DNA of 64,000 bases. It comes from an uncultured Gemmatimonadaceae bacterium (GTDB lineage Bacteria > Gemmatimonadota > Gemmatimonadetes > Gemmatimonadales > Gemmatimonadaceae). The translations under genes were made by a program, and so were the position numbers. The stretch's first letter is position 1, and every line of letters starts with the position of its first letter. The DNA is taken from assembly GCA_963817955.1 (NCBI GenBank), contig CAWFQK010000004.1, positions 608,001-672,000 on the forward strand, written 5' to 3'. Below are positions 17,201-26,560 of the stretch, piece after piece. The notes beneath the pieces were generated by a model. It was not told where the DNA came from and did not search any database. It saw only the letters and a list, made by a program, of their open reading frames with translations.

Positions 17201-19126
17201 TCAGAGCAGACTACTGACGTCAACGATGAGCGACGGAGTTCCGTCGCTGAGGAGTGTGGCACCAGCGAACACCCGCGGCCCGTCACGCACCGCGTCGTAC
17301 TGCTTGACGACGATCTCTTCCTGCCCCGTGATCTCGTCGATCGCCAACGCGGCGCGACGGTCGCCGACATCGAGCACCGCGGCATGTTCGAACGCGATCT
17401 CACTCGGCGCCTGGTACGGTGGCATGCCGACGATCGATCGCAGGCGCAGCAGCGGCAACAGCTCGTCGCGCGCCAGCACCACCTCGCGCCCCTGCACCGT
17501 CCGCACGATCTCCGGCACGAGCTCGATCGTTTCGCTCACATGAGCCAGTGGAATGGCGTACGTCTCGTCGTCGACCCGCGCGAGGAGCGCCCGCACGATG
17601 GCCAGCGTCAATGGCAGTCGCAGGATCGTCGTCGTACCCTGCCCCGGCACCGAACGGATGTCCATGGCACCGCCGAGCGCGCGCACGCGCGTGTAGACGG
17701 CGTCCACACCGACGCCGCGGCCGGAGAGCCGGGTGATCTTCTCGGCGGTCGAGAATCCCGGACGCGCAAGCAGGCGGAGCAACTCGTCTTCCGTGAGCTC
17801 GGTCTTGTTCGCATCGACCAATCCATCACGTTTGGCGCGCGCGAGCACCCGCGCACGATCGATGCCCTTGCCATCGTCGCTCACCTTGATGACGATCGCC
17901 GAGCGATCACGCGCCGCGCTGAGCACGAGCCGGCCCACGGGCGGCTTGCCCGCGGCGACGCGGGCCTCCGGCGTCTCGAAGCCGTGGTCGATCGAGTTGC
18001 GCAACAGGTGTACGATGGAGTCGCCGATCTCGTCGAGCATCGACCGATCGAGCTCGATGCCTTTGCCGTCGACCTCGAGTTCAATGTGCTTGCCGACGCT
18101 GCGCGATGCATCGCGGACGACGCGTGGAAATCGGTCGAACACCTGCGCGACCGGCACCATGCGGCTCGCCGTAATCTCGTCACGCAACTCGGTGATCAAT
18201 CGCGACGACTGGTTCACAGTTTCCTCGAGCGCGACATCGCCCAGCTCGCCCGCGAGCTGCGTCAATCTGCCGCGCGCGATCACCAATTCACCAACCAGAT
18301 TCATGAGCGTGTCCAGGCGGCGCACGTCGATGCGCACGTGACGCGCCTTGCCGTTCGTCCGCTCCTGGTCCAACGGCAGTCCTTCCGGAGGCGTTGCGCT
18401 CGGGTCCATCGCGGAAACCGGCGGCGCCTGCCGCTCCGGCTGGTCTTCGCCCACCTGGACGTCGGCCACATCGCCCGCGCCGCGCGCGACCCCTTCGACC
18501 TGCGCGGAGTCCAGGGAGGTGACCAGTCGCAGGGCGAACTCTGCGCCGAACGACTCGGCCTGCAGATCGTTGAGCGAGGGTACCGTTCCCGTCACGTCGC
18601 CGATCTTCTTCAGTGATTGGACGATGATGAACGCCCGCACGCCGCGGAGTGGCGTGCTGGGTGCGAGCCGCACGCGCACGAGCGTGCCGGGACCTTCCGG
18701 AGCCGCCACACTCCACCCGCCGTTCAGCCGCTGCGGGTTCGGCAGTCCCAACGCGCGGAGCTGTGCCACGAGCTCGGTGTCGATCACCTCACCTTCACGT
18801 CCCGTGACGGCGGCTTCCACCGCGTGCTCCAGCGCGTCGGAGGCGCGAAACAGCACGTCCACGATATCGGGATCGATCGCCAGATCGCCGCGGCGCACGC
18901 GGTCGAGCAGCGTCTCGAGTTCGTGCGCGAGCTCGGCGACGATGGCGTACCCCATCGTCGCGCCCATCCCCTTGATGGTGTGGACGGCGCGAAAAATTAC
19001 GGCGATCGCAGGCGCCGCCTCGGGGCCCCCGGCATCGCGCTCGAGCTTGAGCAGCGCCTGATGGACCGCCGCGACGTTCTCCCGGCTTTCCGTGAGGAAT
19101 AGTTCCGCGTACTGGAAGCTATCCAC
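17201..19126 (-). CDS. cheA: Chemotaxis histidine kinase CheA
   Basis: Hpt FRAVHTIKG, P2-like region, LDTLMNLVGELVI, HLLRNSIDHG, DDGKGID, GFSTA...SGRGVGVD, LPLTLAI, C-terminal CheW domain. GTG start at 19126. Confidence 0.96.
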   Translation of the reverse strand: MDSFQYAELFLTESRENVAAVHQALLKLERDAGGPEAAPAIAVIFRAVHTIKGMGATMGYAIVAELAHELETLLDRVRRGDLAIDPDIVDVLFRASDALEHAVEAAVTGREGEVIDTELVAQLRALGLPNPQRLNGGWSVAAPEGPGTLVRVRLAPSTPLRGVRAFIIVQSLKKIGDVTGTVPSLNDLQAESFGAEFALRLVTSLDSAQVEGVARGAGDVADVQVGEDQPERQAPPVSAMDPSATPPEGLPLDQERTNGKARHVRIDVRRLDTLMNLVGELVIARGRLTQLAGELGDVALEETVNQSSRLITELRDEITASRMVPVAQVFDRFPRVVRDASRSVGKHIELEVDGKGIELDRSMLDEIGDSIVHLLRNSIDHGFETPEARVAAGKPPVGRLVLSAARDRSAIVIKVSDDGKGIDRARVLARAKRDGLVDANKTELTEDELLRLLARPGFSTAEKITRLSGRGVGVDAVYTRVRALGGAMDIRSVPGQGTTTILRLPLTLAIVRALLARVDDETYAIPLAHVSETIELVPEIVRTVQGREVVLARDELLPLLRLRSIVGMPPYQAPSEIAFEHAAVLDVGDRRAALAIDEITGQEEIVVKQYDAVRDGPRVFAGATLLSDGTPSLIVDVSSLL

Positions 19127-19149
19127 GAGATCCGGGCATCGCGCTGCGG

Positions 19150-19512
19150 TTATCCGAGCACACGCTGCACGGCCTCGAGCACGCGGCTCGGCTGGAACGG
19201 CTTGACGACGAAGTCTTTCGCTCCCGCCTGAATGGCCTCGACGACGAGCGCCTGCTGGCCCATCGCGCTGCACATGAGGATCTTGGCCTCCGGGTCGAGT
19301 TTGCAGATCTCACGCACCGCGTCGATGCCGCCCATATCGGGCATCACGATATCCATCGTCACGAGATCGGGCCGGAGCTGCTGATACCGCTCCACGGCCT
19401 CCACCCCCGTCTCCGCCTCGCCGACGATTTCGAACCCGGCCCGCGTGAGGATATCGCCGACCATGGTGCGCATGAAGATCGCGTCGTCGCAGATGAGAAC
19501 AGTCTGACTCAA
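19150..19512 (-). CDS. cheY: Response regulator CheY
   Basis: ICDDAIFMR, DLVTMDIVMPDMGG, CSAMGQ, FVVKPF; TTG start after GGAGG. Confidence 0.94.
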   Translation of the reverse strand: MSQTVLICDDAIFMRTMVGDILTRAGFEIVGEAETGVEAVERYQQLRPDLVTMDIVMPDMGGIDAVREICKLDPEAKILMCSAMGQQALVVEAIQAGAKDFVVKPFQPSRVLEAVQRVLG

Positions 19513-19538
19513 GAAATGCCTCCAGGAAGTACGAAGTA

Positions 19539-19958
19539 CTACGAGAGCAGGACCTGTGAGATAAGGGCATCGACATCGAGAATGACAACGGCTGCCTCAT
19601 CCAACGTTGCTACGCCGCGCACGATGGGGCCACGCGACCGCGACATGTCGTCGCGCTCATCGATCGCCAACTCGCGAACGTCGACCACCTCGTCGACCAC
19701 CATCCCCACCAGCCGCTCGCGGTAGCGCACGAGCAGGATCGACCCGTCGGCAATGGGCGCGCGCGACGCATCGAGGCGCACTCCCAGGTCGAGCACCGTG
19801 ATGATCGTGCCACGCATGTTGATCAGACCACGCACATGAGCCGGCGCACCAGGGAGCCGCGTCATGCGGCGCAGGGGAATGATCTCCTGAGCCGCCGTGA
19901 GGTCGCACCCATAGACTGTCGCTCCCACGCGGAACAGCAGCGTGGGAGGGAGCGCCAC
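19539..19958 (-). CDS. cheW: CheW
   Basis: TRLPGAPAHVRGLINMRGTIITVLDL...GMVVDEV...ILDVDAL; start uncertain. Confidence 0.9.
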   Translation of the reverse strand: MALPPTLLFRVGATVYGCDLTAAQEIIPLRRMTRLPGAPAHVRGLINMRGTIITVLDLGVRLDASRAPIADGSILLVRYRERLVGMVVDEVVDVRELAIDERDDMSRSRGPIVRGVATLDEAAVVILDVDALISQVLLS

Positions 19959-19959
19959 T

Positions 19960-20934
19960 TCACGGATCGACGTGGTAGAATCCAAAGAATTCAAGCGGGT
20001 TGATATCGGCGATGGTCACGTCGGGGCCGGCGGCGACCACGATCGCGCGGTGCAAATCGTCCGGCAGCGGCGACCGCAGGTCGACCATTTCGCCGGAAAC
20101 CGGATGGCGAAACATCAACCACGCCGCATGCAGAAAGTGACGGCGCGGCGGAAGGTTCAGCAGCTTCCGCCCTCCGCCGCCGCCGTACGTATCGTCGCCG
20201 ACAACCGGATGTCCGATCGACGCGAGATGTACGCGAATCTGGTGCGTGCGTCCCGTGAAGAGGTGCGCCCGCAGCAGGTCGCCGGAGTCGAAGCGCGCAA
20301 GCCGGGTGAGGTCCGTCCGTGCCGGCCGTCCCGTATTGACGATTGCCATGCGCTTTCGGTCTCGCGGATCACGGGCAATGGGTCGCTCGACCGTGATCTG
20401 GTCGTCACTGAGGTGTCCCCATGAGAGGACCGCGTACCGCCGCACGACCTGCCGGGCCTGAATCGCCGCTCCGAGCACGCGGTGGGCCCGATCCGTCTTG
20501 GCGACGAGCAGAAGCCCGGATGTCTCCTTGTCCAGACGGTGGACAATCCCCTCCCGCCCCTCCTCCCGTCCGGCGGACAGGGGCCCGCCCCTTCCCTTGA
20601 GGGCGTTTACAAGGGTCCCAGTCCAATTGCCAGGGGCCGGATGTACCACCATCCCCGCCGGCTTGTCCACGACCAACACGTCCTCGTCCTCGTATACCAC
20701 GGCGAGCGGGATCTCCTCGCCGAGTACCTCGCGGCCGGGTGCTGGCGGAACCTCCACCGTAACGGTCTCCCCCGCAACCGGCCGGTAGGCGGCTTTCTCT
20801 CGTCGGCTGTTCACCAGGACATTGCCCTCGGCGATCAACGTCGCGGCCCGATTCCGTGACAGGTCAAGGCTTGCCGCGACGAACAAGTCGAGGCGGGGAG
20901 CGCCATCGGGCACGAGGAGGGAGTGTGAGGACAT
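19960..20934 (-). CDS. rluD: RluA/RluD-family pseudouridine synthase
   Basis: S4 domain (RLDLF), VVDKPAGMVVHP, GIVHRLDKETSG, TGRTHQIRVH, HPVVGD. Confidence 0.92.
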   Translation of the reverse strand: MSSHSLLVPDGAPRLDLFVAASLDLSRNRAATLIAEGNVLVNSRREKAAYRPVAGETVTVEVPPAPGREVLGEEIPLAVVYEDEDVLVVDKPAGMVVHPAPGNWTGTLVNALKGRGGPLSAGREEGREGIVHRLDKETSGLLLVAKTDRAHRVLGAAIQARQVVRRYAVLSWGHLSDDQITVERPIARDPRDRKRMAIVNTGRPARTDLTRLARFDSGDLLRAHLFTGRTHQIRVHLASIGHPVVGDDTYGGGGGRKLLNLPPRRHFLHAAWLMFRHPVSGEMVDLRSPLPDDLHRAIVVAAGPDVTIADINPLEFFGFYHVDP

Positions 20935-20970
20935 GGAGGACAACCTAATGGATGCCCTCATCCCGAACGG

Positions 20971-21504
20971 CTATCGTTTCGCGGCTTCTGCCGCCGCCTC
21001 AGCCAATACTCGGCGGTCGTCCTTCCAGAGGATGAATGCCAGAAGCACGGCGCCGACGGTGACCGCCGAATCCGCGACGTTGAACGTCCAGAACCGCACG
21101 TCGCCGACACCGATATCGATGAAGTCGACCACGCCACGCGCCGATCGAAAACGGTCGATCAGGTTGCCGGCGGCCCCACCCCATATGAGACCAAGGGCGA
21201 GCGCACGAATCGCGTCATCGGGCGATGTAGACCCTTGCAGCCGCCAGGCATGGTACATCCGCCAAACGATGATCAGCGCGGCGATCGCGAACAGGCCAAA
21301 GAGGTAGCGCGAGTACTGACCGAGCGACATGCTGAACGCCGCGCCCGGATTGAACGCCAGCGTGAACCGCACCACGTTTCCGACGATCAGATGCGGGAAG
21401 GGCTGCAGGTAGCGAACCGCGAGTACCTTCGTGATGAAGTCAACAACGATGACCACGACCGCAGCAGTCCAGAACACGCGGCCGTTGTTGCGAATGGAGC
21501 TCAT
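20971..21504 (-). CDS. lspA: Signal peptidase II (paralog 2)
   Basis: DFITK, FNPGAAFS, GGAAGNLIDR, VVDFID, TFNVADSAV. Confidence 0.93.
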   Translation of the reverse strand: MSSIRNNGRVFWTAAVVVIVVDFITKVLAVRYLQPFPHLIVGNVVRFTLAFNPGAAFSMSLGQYSRYLFGLFAIAALIIVWRMYHAWRLQGSTSPDDAIRALALGLIWGGAAGNLIDRFRSARGVVDFIDIGVGDVRFWTFNVADSAVTVGAVLLAFILWKDDRRVLAEAAAEAAKR

Positions 21505-21518
21505 GTCGCGGGCGGAGG

Positions 21519-22058
21519 TTACGGGAAGTCGCGCGGCTCGGACGTCGCTGGGGCGGTGGCTGCGCTGGCGAGCGACTCTGCCTCGGTATCCTCGCCCCAC
21601 AATACCCAGGCGAGTAGGAATGCGCCGATGCTCACCGCCATGTCGGCGATGTTGAAGGTTGGCCACCGCGAGTCGCCGAAACCAACATCAATGAAATCGA
21701 CGACGCCGAGACTCGATCGAATGCGATCGATGAGATTACCGACCGCACCGCCGCACACGAGCGCCAGCGATACCGCGCGCATCACATCGCCGGAGCGTGT
21801 CGCCCTGTACAGGCGACCGAGTATCACCAGGGCCGCGATCGTGAGGATCGTGAAGATCGAGCGGGAATACTGCCCCAAGTGCAGACCGAACGCCGCACCG
21901 GAGTTGTACACCAGCGTGAACCGCAGCAACTCGCCGTACACGTCGTGCGGCAGGCGCTGCGGAATCAACCGACTGACGGCAATCGCCTTCGTGCAGAAAT
22001 CGGCGGTCGCGACCAACACCAACACGGGCCAAAAGAGTCCCGAGTTACTTCTTCGCAT
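21519..22058 (-). CDS. lspA: Signal peptidase II (paralog 1)
   Basis: DFCTK, YNSGAAFG, GGAVGNLIDR, VVDFID, WPTFNIADMAV. Confidence 0.93.
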   Translation of the reverse strand: MRRSNSGLFWPVLVLVATADFCTKAIAVSRLIPQRLPHDVYGELLRFTLVYNSGAAFGLHLGQYSRSIFTILTIAALVILGRLYRATRSGDVMRAVSLALVCGGAVGNLIDRIRSSLGVVDFIDVGFGDSRWPTFNIADMAVSIGAFLLAWVLWGEDTEAESLASAATAPATSEPRDFP

Positions 22059-22461
22059 CTTCCTCGCGCTGCTTGCAGTCGATGCAGTAGCGGGCGTGCG
22101 GCAGCGCGTCCAGGCGCTCGAAGGCGATCTCGTTGCCGCATTGGTGACACTTGCCGAAGGTCTCCGGCGCGTGGAACAAGCGCCGGAGGGCCTCGTCGAT
22201 GTGCCAGAGGAACCGGCCCTCCTGGCTCGCGAACAGAAACGCCTTTTCGCGTTCCATGGCATCGGTGCCCTGGTCGGCCATGTGGAACGAGTAGCTGCTC
22301 AAGCCCCCGTCGGCCGATTGCGGCGTCGCTCCAAACGCCTCGTCCGCACGTCCGAGCTCCTTGAGCACGCGGCGGCGCTCTTCGGTCAACCGCTTCTCAA
22401 AGTGCTGGAGCGACTTCTTCGTCATGCCTTTCGGCTTCTTGGCGCTGTTGGTCGTCGGCAT
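22045..22461 (-). CDS. TraR/DksA C4-type zinc-finger protein
   Basis: Coiled coil with HMADQGTD tip; CHQC...ERLDALPHARYCIDC. Confidence 0.9.
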   Translation of the reverse strand: MPTTNSAKKPKGMTKKSLQHFEKRLTEERRRVLKELGRADEAFGATPQSADGGLSSYSFHMADQGTDAMEREKAFLFASQEGRFLWHIDEALRRLFHAPETFGKCHQCGNEIAFERLDALPHARYCIDCKQREEDAKK

Positions 22462-22463
22462 TG

Positions 22464-25400
22464 CTACTGTATCCTGGTAATGGCGACGTAGGCCGTGATC
22501 CCGTCGAGATCGATGGCGGACATGTCGCGTCCCTTCAGTTCTCCCGCGCCCATGAACACGAGCTCGGTTGCCAGCACTTCTTCACTCACCCATGCACCGC
22601 GCGCGTCGATCACCGCCCGCACTTCGTCGCCACCTGCCACGCTCAGCACAATCCGGTCGCTGATCGCGAATCCCGATTCCTTTCGCATACGCTGTACCCG
22701 ACTGACGAGCTCCCGGGCATAGCCCTCGAGGCGCAGTTCCGGCGTGATCGTCGGATCGAGTGCCGCGAAGAATCCGCCGTCCTCCTGCACCGCCAGTGTA
22801 CCTGACGCTCGACGCACGATCGTGAGATCGTCCGGCCCGAGTTCGTGCGAATCCCCCTCAACGCTAACGACGAGGGGCTCGCCGCGCAGGAATTCACGCA
22901 ATTCCTCGCTTCCGAACGCCAGAACGGCCCCGGCCGCCAGTGGCGTCTTCTTGCCGAACTTCTTGCCCAGCGCCCGGAAATTGGGTTTTGCCTCGAGCGT
23001 TACCAGCGCGTCACCCGAGCTGGCAAAGTCGACCACCTTCACGTTGAGTTCCGCGGCAAGGAGCGGAATGAGTGGCGCGAGCGCCTCATTGTTGACGTTC
23101 GGCGCAACACACACCATGCGCGACAGTGGCTGCCGGACCCTGATGCCGACATCCTCTCGCACCGCCCGCCCGAGACGCGCCAAGCTCCGAATGGCATGCA
23201 TAGCCGCATCGAGCGTGGCGTCTGCCGACTCCGATCGCGCAGCGACGAACGGCGCCAGATGCACCGACTCGCCCGTCAGTTCGCGATGGATCCAGTCGCT
23301 CACGAACGGCGCGAACGGCGCGAGCAGGCGGCAGACCGACACGAGCACCGTATGCAGCGTGGCGAACGCCGCGCGGTTGTCCGGCTGATCCACGTCGTAG
23401 AACCGACCGCGATTGAGCCGCACGTACCAATTCGACAGATCGTCGTCCACGAACTCGATGATCGCGCGTGCCGCAGTGGTGGCGTCGAACCCCTCGAGGG
23501 CCGCGTCGACCGTGCGTTCCAGCCCCGTGAGGCGACTGAGCATCCACCGGTCGATCACCGGACGCGCCGCGACCGGTGGGTCCTGTTCGGACGGACTCCA
23601 CCCAAAGTTCGCGTACTCGGCAAAGATACCACTATATACGTTCTTGAACGTTCGCAGGAAGCGTCCAGCCTGCTCGCCGATCAATCGCTCGTCGAAGCTG
23701 CGCGCCACCCACAGGTTGCTCGTCGCCACGAGGAAGAGACGTACGGCATCGACGCCATGGCGCCCAATGACCTCCCACGGATCGACGGCGTTGCCGCGGC
23801 TCTTCGACATCTTGAGGCCGTGCTCGTCGAGGACCATATCGTTCACGACGACGGCGCGGTAGGGCGACGCGCCCGCGTGCGGGCCGGCGTTGTTCGGCAG
23901 GGCATCACCGAGTCCCGTCGCGATCGCGAGGAGCGAATAGAACCAACCACGGGTCTGATCCACACCCTCGGCGATGAAGTCGGCCGGGAACTGCTCCTTC
24001 AACTGATCGCGATTCTCGAACGGATAATGCCACTGGGCAAACGACATCGACCCGGAATCGAACCAGGTGTCGATCACCTCCGGTGCGCGACGCATGGTGC
24101 CATGGCACTCCGGCTCGCGACACGCCCACGTGTGACCGTCAACATTGGGCTTGTGCGGATCGAAGTCCTCGGCCAGTGGGGCGCCGGTGCGCTCGGCGAG
24201 CTCGGCGTAGCTGCCGACACAATCGGTGTGTGCCGCCGTGGCGTCGCAAATCCAAACGGGCAACGGCGTACCCCAGAACCGGTCTCGCGAGATGGCCCAA
24301 TCAATGTTGTTCTTCAGCCACTCGCCAAAGCGCCCCTCGCCCACCGACGACGGATGCCAATCGACCCGTGCGTTCCGCGCCAGCATGGCGTCGCGCACCG
24401 CCGTCGTCCGCACGAACCAGGAAGTGCGCGCGTAGTACAGCAGTGGCGTGCCGCAGCGCCAGCAATGCGGGTACGGGTGTGTGATCCGGCCCGCCTTCCA
24501 CAACACATCGCGTCGCTTCAGCTCCTCGATGAGCAGCGCGTCGGCGTCCTTCACGAACAGACCGCCAACGACTGGCATTGATGACGGAAATTCGCCGCGC
24601 GCGCCAACCGGCTGCAGAAAGGCGAGATTGTGACGCTGTCCCGCCGCATAGTCGTCGGCACCAAACGCCGGCGACATGTGCACCACACCGCTGCCGTCCC
24701 CGGCGGAAACGAAGTCCTCGCCAACGATGATCTCGTGGTTGGTCCCTTCCGGAAACTCCAGCCAATCCAAGGGGCGTTCGTACCGCATGCCGACGAGGTC
24801 GGCGCCGCGCATCCTTCCCGCCACCGACCAGCGGTTCTCGTAGTCGTCGCCAAGCACTGCCGTCACGCGCGACTCGGCGAGGATGATGGATCTCTGGTCT
24901 TTCCCCTCCTCGCGGCGCACGAGCTCGACGTAATCGAGATCGGGATGCACGGCGAGCGCAGTGTTCGACACCAGCGTCCAGGGCGTCGTGGTCCACACGA
25001 GGATGCGCCGCGTCGTCGCCACTCCAGCCTGATCGACGAGGGCCAGCGCGATGTACACGCTCGGGTCTTCGACGTCTTCGTAGCCTTGCGCGACCTCATG
25101 GCTGGACAACGCGGTGCCGCATCGCGGGCAGTACGGCAGAATCTTGTGCCCGCGGTAGAGCAGCCCCTTGTCGTATAGCGTCTTGAGCGCCCACCACACG
25201 CTCTCCACGTACTCATTGCTGTACGTGACGTACGGGTGCTCGTAGTCCAACCAGTAGCCAATGCGCGTGCTGAGGCGCTCCCAGTCGCCGCGGTACTTGA
25301 ACACGCTCTCGCGGCACAACCGGTTGAACTCGGCCACGCCCAGCGCCTCGATCTGCTGCTTGCCGCTGATGCCAAGCTGCTTCTCCACCTCGATCTCGAC

Positions 25401-25679
25401 CGGCAGCCCGTGCGTGTCCCACCCTGCCTTGCGCGGCACCCGGAAACCCTTCATGGCCCGGTGGCGGCAGAAGAGATCCTTGATCGTCCGCGCGAACACA
25501 TGGTGGATGCCGGGACGACCATTGGCCGTCGGCGGGCCTTCAAAGAATACGAACGTCGGCGCATCGGCGCGCGCCGCCAGCGTCTGACGGAAGAGATCTT
25601 CTTCCTCCCATCGCGCGAGCAACTCGCGCTCGACGTCATCGGCGGCGCGGCCCGGCGGCAGCAATTGGTATCGCGTCAT
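22464..25679 (-). CDS. ileS: Isoleucine--tRNA ligase, type 2
   Basis: EGPPTANGRPGIHH, GWDTHGLPVE, WTTTPWTL, HCWRC, DWAISR, EGVDQTRGWFY, KMSKS; long IleRS2-type C-terminus. Confidence 0.97.
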   Translation of the reverse strand: MTRYQLLPPGRAADDVERELLARWEEEDLFRQTLAARADAPTFVFFEGPPTANGRPGIHHVFARTIKDLFCRHRAMKGFRVPRKAGWDTHGLPVEIEVEKQLGISGKQQIEALGVAEFNRLCRESVFKYRGDWERLSTRIGYWLDYEHPYVTYSNEYVESVWWALKTLYDKGLLYRGHKILPYCPRCGTALSSHEVAQGYEDVEDPSVYIALALVDQAGVATTRRILVWTTTPWTLVSNTALAVHPDLDYVELVRREEGKDQRSIILAESRVTAVLGDDYENRWSVAGRMRGADLVGMRYERPLDWLEFPEGTNHEIIVGEDFVSAGDGSGVVHMSPAFGADDYAAGQRHNLAFLQPVGARGEFPSSMPVVGGLFVKDADALLIEELKRRDVLWKAGRITHPYPHCWRCGTPLLYYARTSWFVRTTAVRDAMLARNARVDWHPSSVGEGRFGEWLKNNIDWAISRDRFWGTPLPVWICDATAAHTDCVGSYAELAERTGAPLAEDFDPHKPNVDGHTWACREPECHGTMRRAPEVIDTWFDSGSMSFAQWHYPFENRDQLKEQFPADFIAEGVDQTRGWFYSLLAIATGLGDALPNNAGPHAGASPYRAVVVNDMVLDEHGLKMSKSRGNAVDPWEVIGRHGVDAVRLFLVATSNLWVARSFDERLIGEQAGRFLRTFKNVYSGIFAEYANFGWSPSEQDPPVAARPVIDRWMLSRLTGLERTVDAALEGFDATTAARAIIEFVDDDLSNWYVRLNRGRFYDVDQPDNRAAFATLHTVLVSVCRLLAPFAPFVSDWIHRELTGESVHLAPFVAARSESADATLDAAMHAIRSLARLGRAVREDVGIRVRQPLSRMVCVAPNVNNEALAPLIPLLAAELNVKVVDFASSGDALVTLEAKPNFRALGKKFGKKTPLAAGAVLAFGSEELREFLRGEPLVVSVEGDSHELGPDDLTIVRRASGTLAVQEDGGFFAALDPTITPELRLEGYARELVSRVQRMRKESGFAISDRIVLSVAGGDEVRAVIDARGAWVSEEVLATELVFMGAGELKGRDMSAIDLDGITAYVAITRIQ

Positions 25680-25690
25680 GCTCGGCGCAG

Positions 25691-26560
25691 TCACAGCCGC
25701 TCCAGCACGCCGCAAACCAGCGCGGTCAGTGCCGGCTCGGCGCCGTTCGCCACGCTGATGATGTGTTCCACGGTTGCCGGTTCAAGCGCGTCAGGAAGAC
25801 ACATGTCCGTAATGATGGAAAGTCCGAGCACGCGCATTCCCGCGTGCACCGCCACGAGTACCTCTGGCACCGTCGACATGCCGACGACGTCCGCGCCCAG
25901 TGCTCGCAAGAATCGATATTCGGCGCGCGTTTCCAGATTCGGTCCCGTGACCGCGACGTACACGCCTTCTCGCAACAGTCGCTTGCCGTCCATCGCAACC
26001 GCGCGCGCGCTGGCGCGGAGCCCGGCGTCGTACGGTGCCGACAGATCCGGAAAGCGCGGCCCCAGCCGATCATCATTCGGGCCGATCAGCGGACTGTCGC
26101 CGAGCAGATTGATGTGGTCAGCAATGAGCATGACGTCGCCGGCGGACCACATCGGGTTGAGGCCACCGCAGGCGTTCGACACGATGAGCGTGTCGGCGCC
26201 GAGCGCGCGCAGCACGCGCACCGGAAAAGTGACCTGCTGCAACGTGTAGCCTTCGTAGCGGTGCAGCCGCCCCTGCATGGCGATCACCGTCTTACCCCCC
26301 AGCGTGCCGCAGAGCAGGCGTCCCTGATGCGATTCGACGGTCGAGCACGCAAAGCCCGGAATGTCGCCGTAGTCGATCACCGCCTGGGTATCGATCTCCG
26401 CGGCGAGCCTGCCCAGTCCCGTGCCGAGAATGATTGCCGCATTTGGGCGCGTGCTGAACCGCTCGCGCACCGCCATGGCGGCGGCGTCAATGGACTCCAA
26501 CGCATGACAACCCGGCAGCGCTGGCGGTGCCGAATGCAGCAAGGTGGCGTCTGATGTCAT
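25691..26560 (-). CDS. Purine-nucleoside phosphorylase (trimeric type)
   Basis: IILGTGLG, QGRLHRYEG, SNACGG, DHIN, GPNLETRAE, GADVVGMSTVPE. Confidence 0.93.
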   Translation of the reverse strand: MTSDATLLHSAPPALPGCHALESIDAAAMAVRERFSTRPNAAIILGTGLGRLAAEIDTQAVIDYGDIPGFACSTVESHQGRLLCGTLGGKTVIAMQGRLHRYEGYTLQQVTFPVRVLRALGADTLIVSNACGGLNPMWSAGDVMLIADHINLLGDSPLIGPNDDRLGPRFPDLSAPYDAGLRASARAVAMDGKRLLREGVYVAVTGPNLETRAEYRFLRALGADVVGMSTVPEVLVAVHAGMRVLGLSIITDMCLPDALEPATVEHIISVANGAEPALTALVCGVLERL

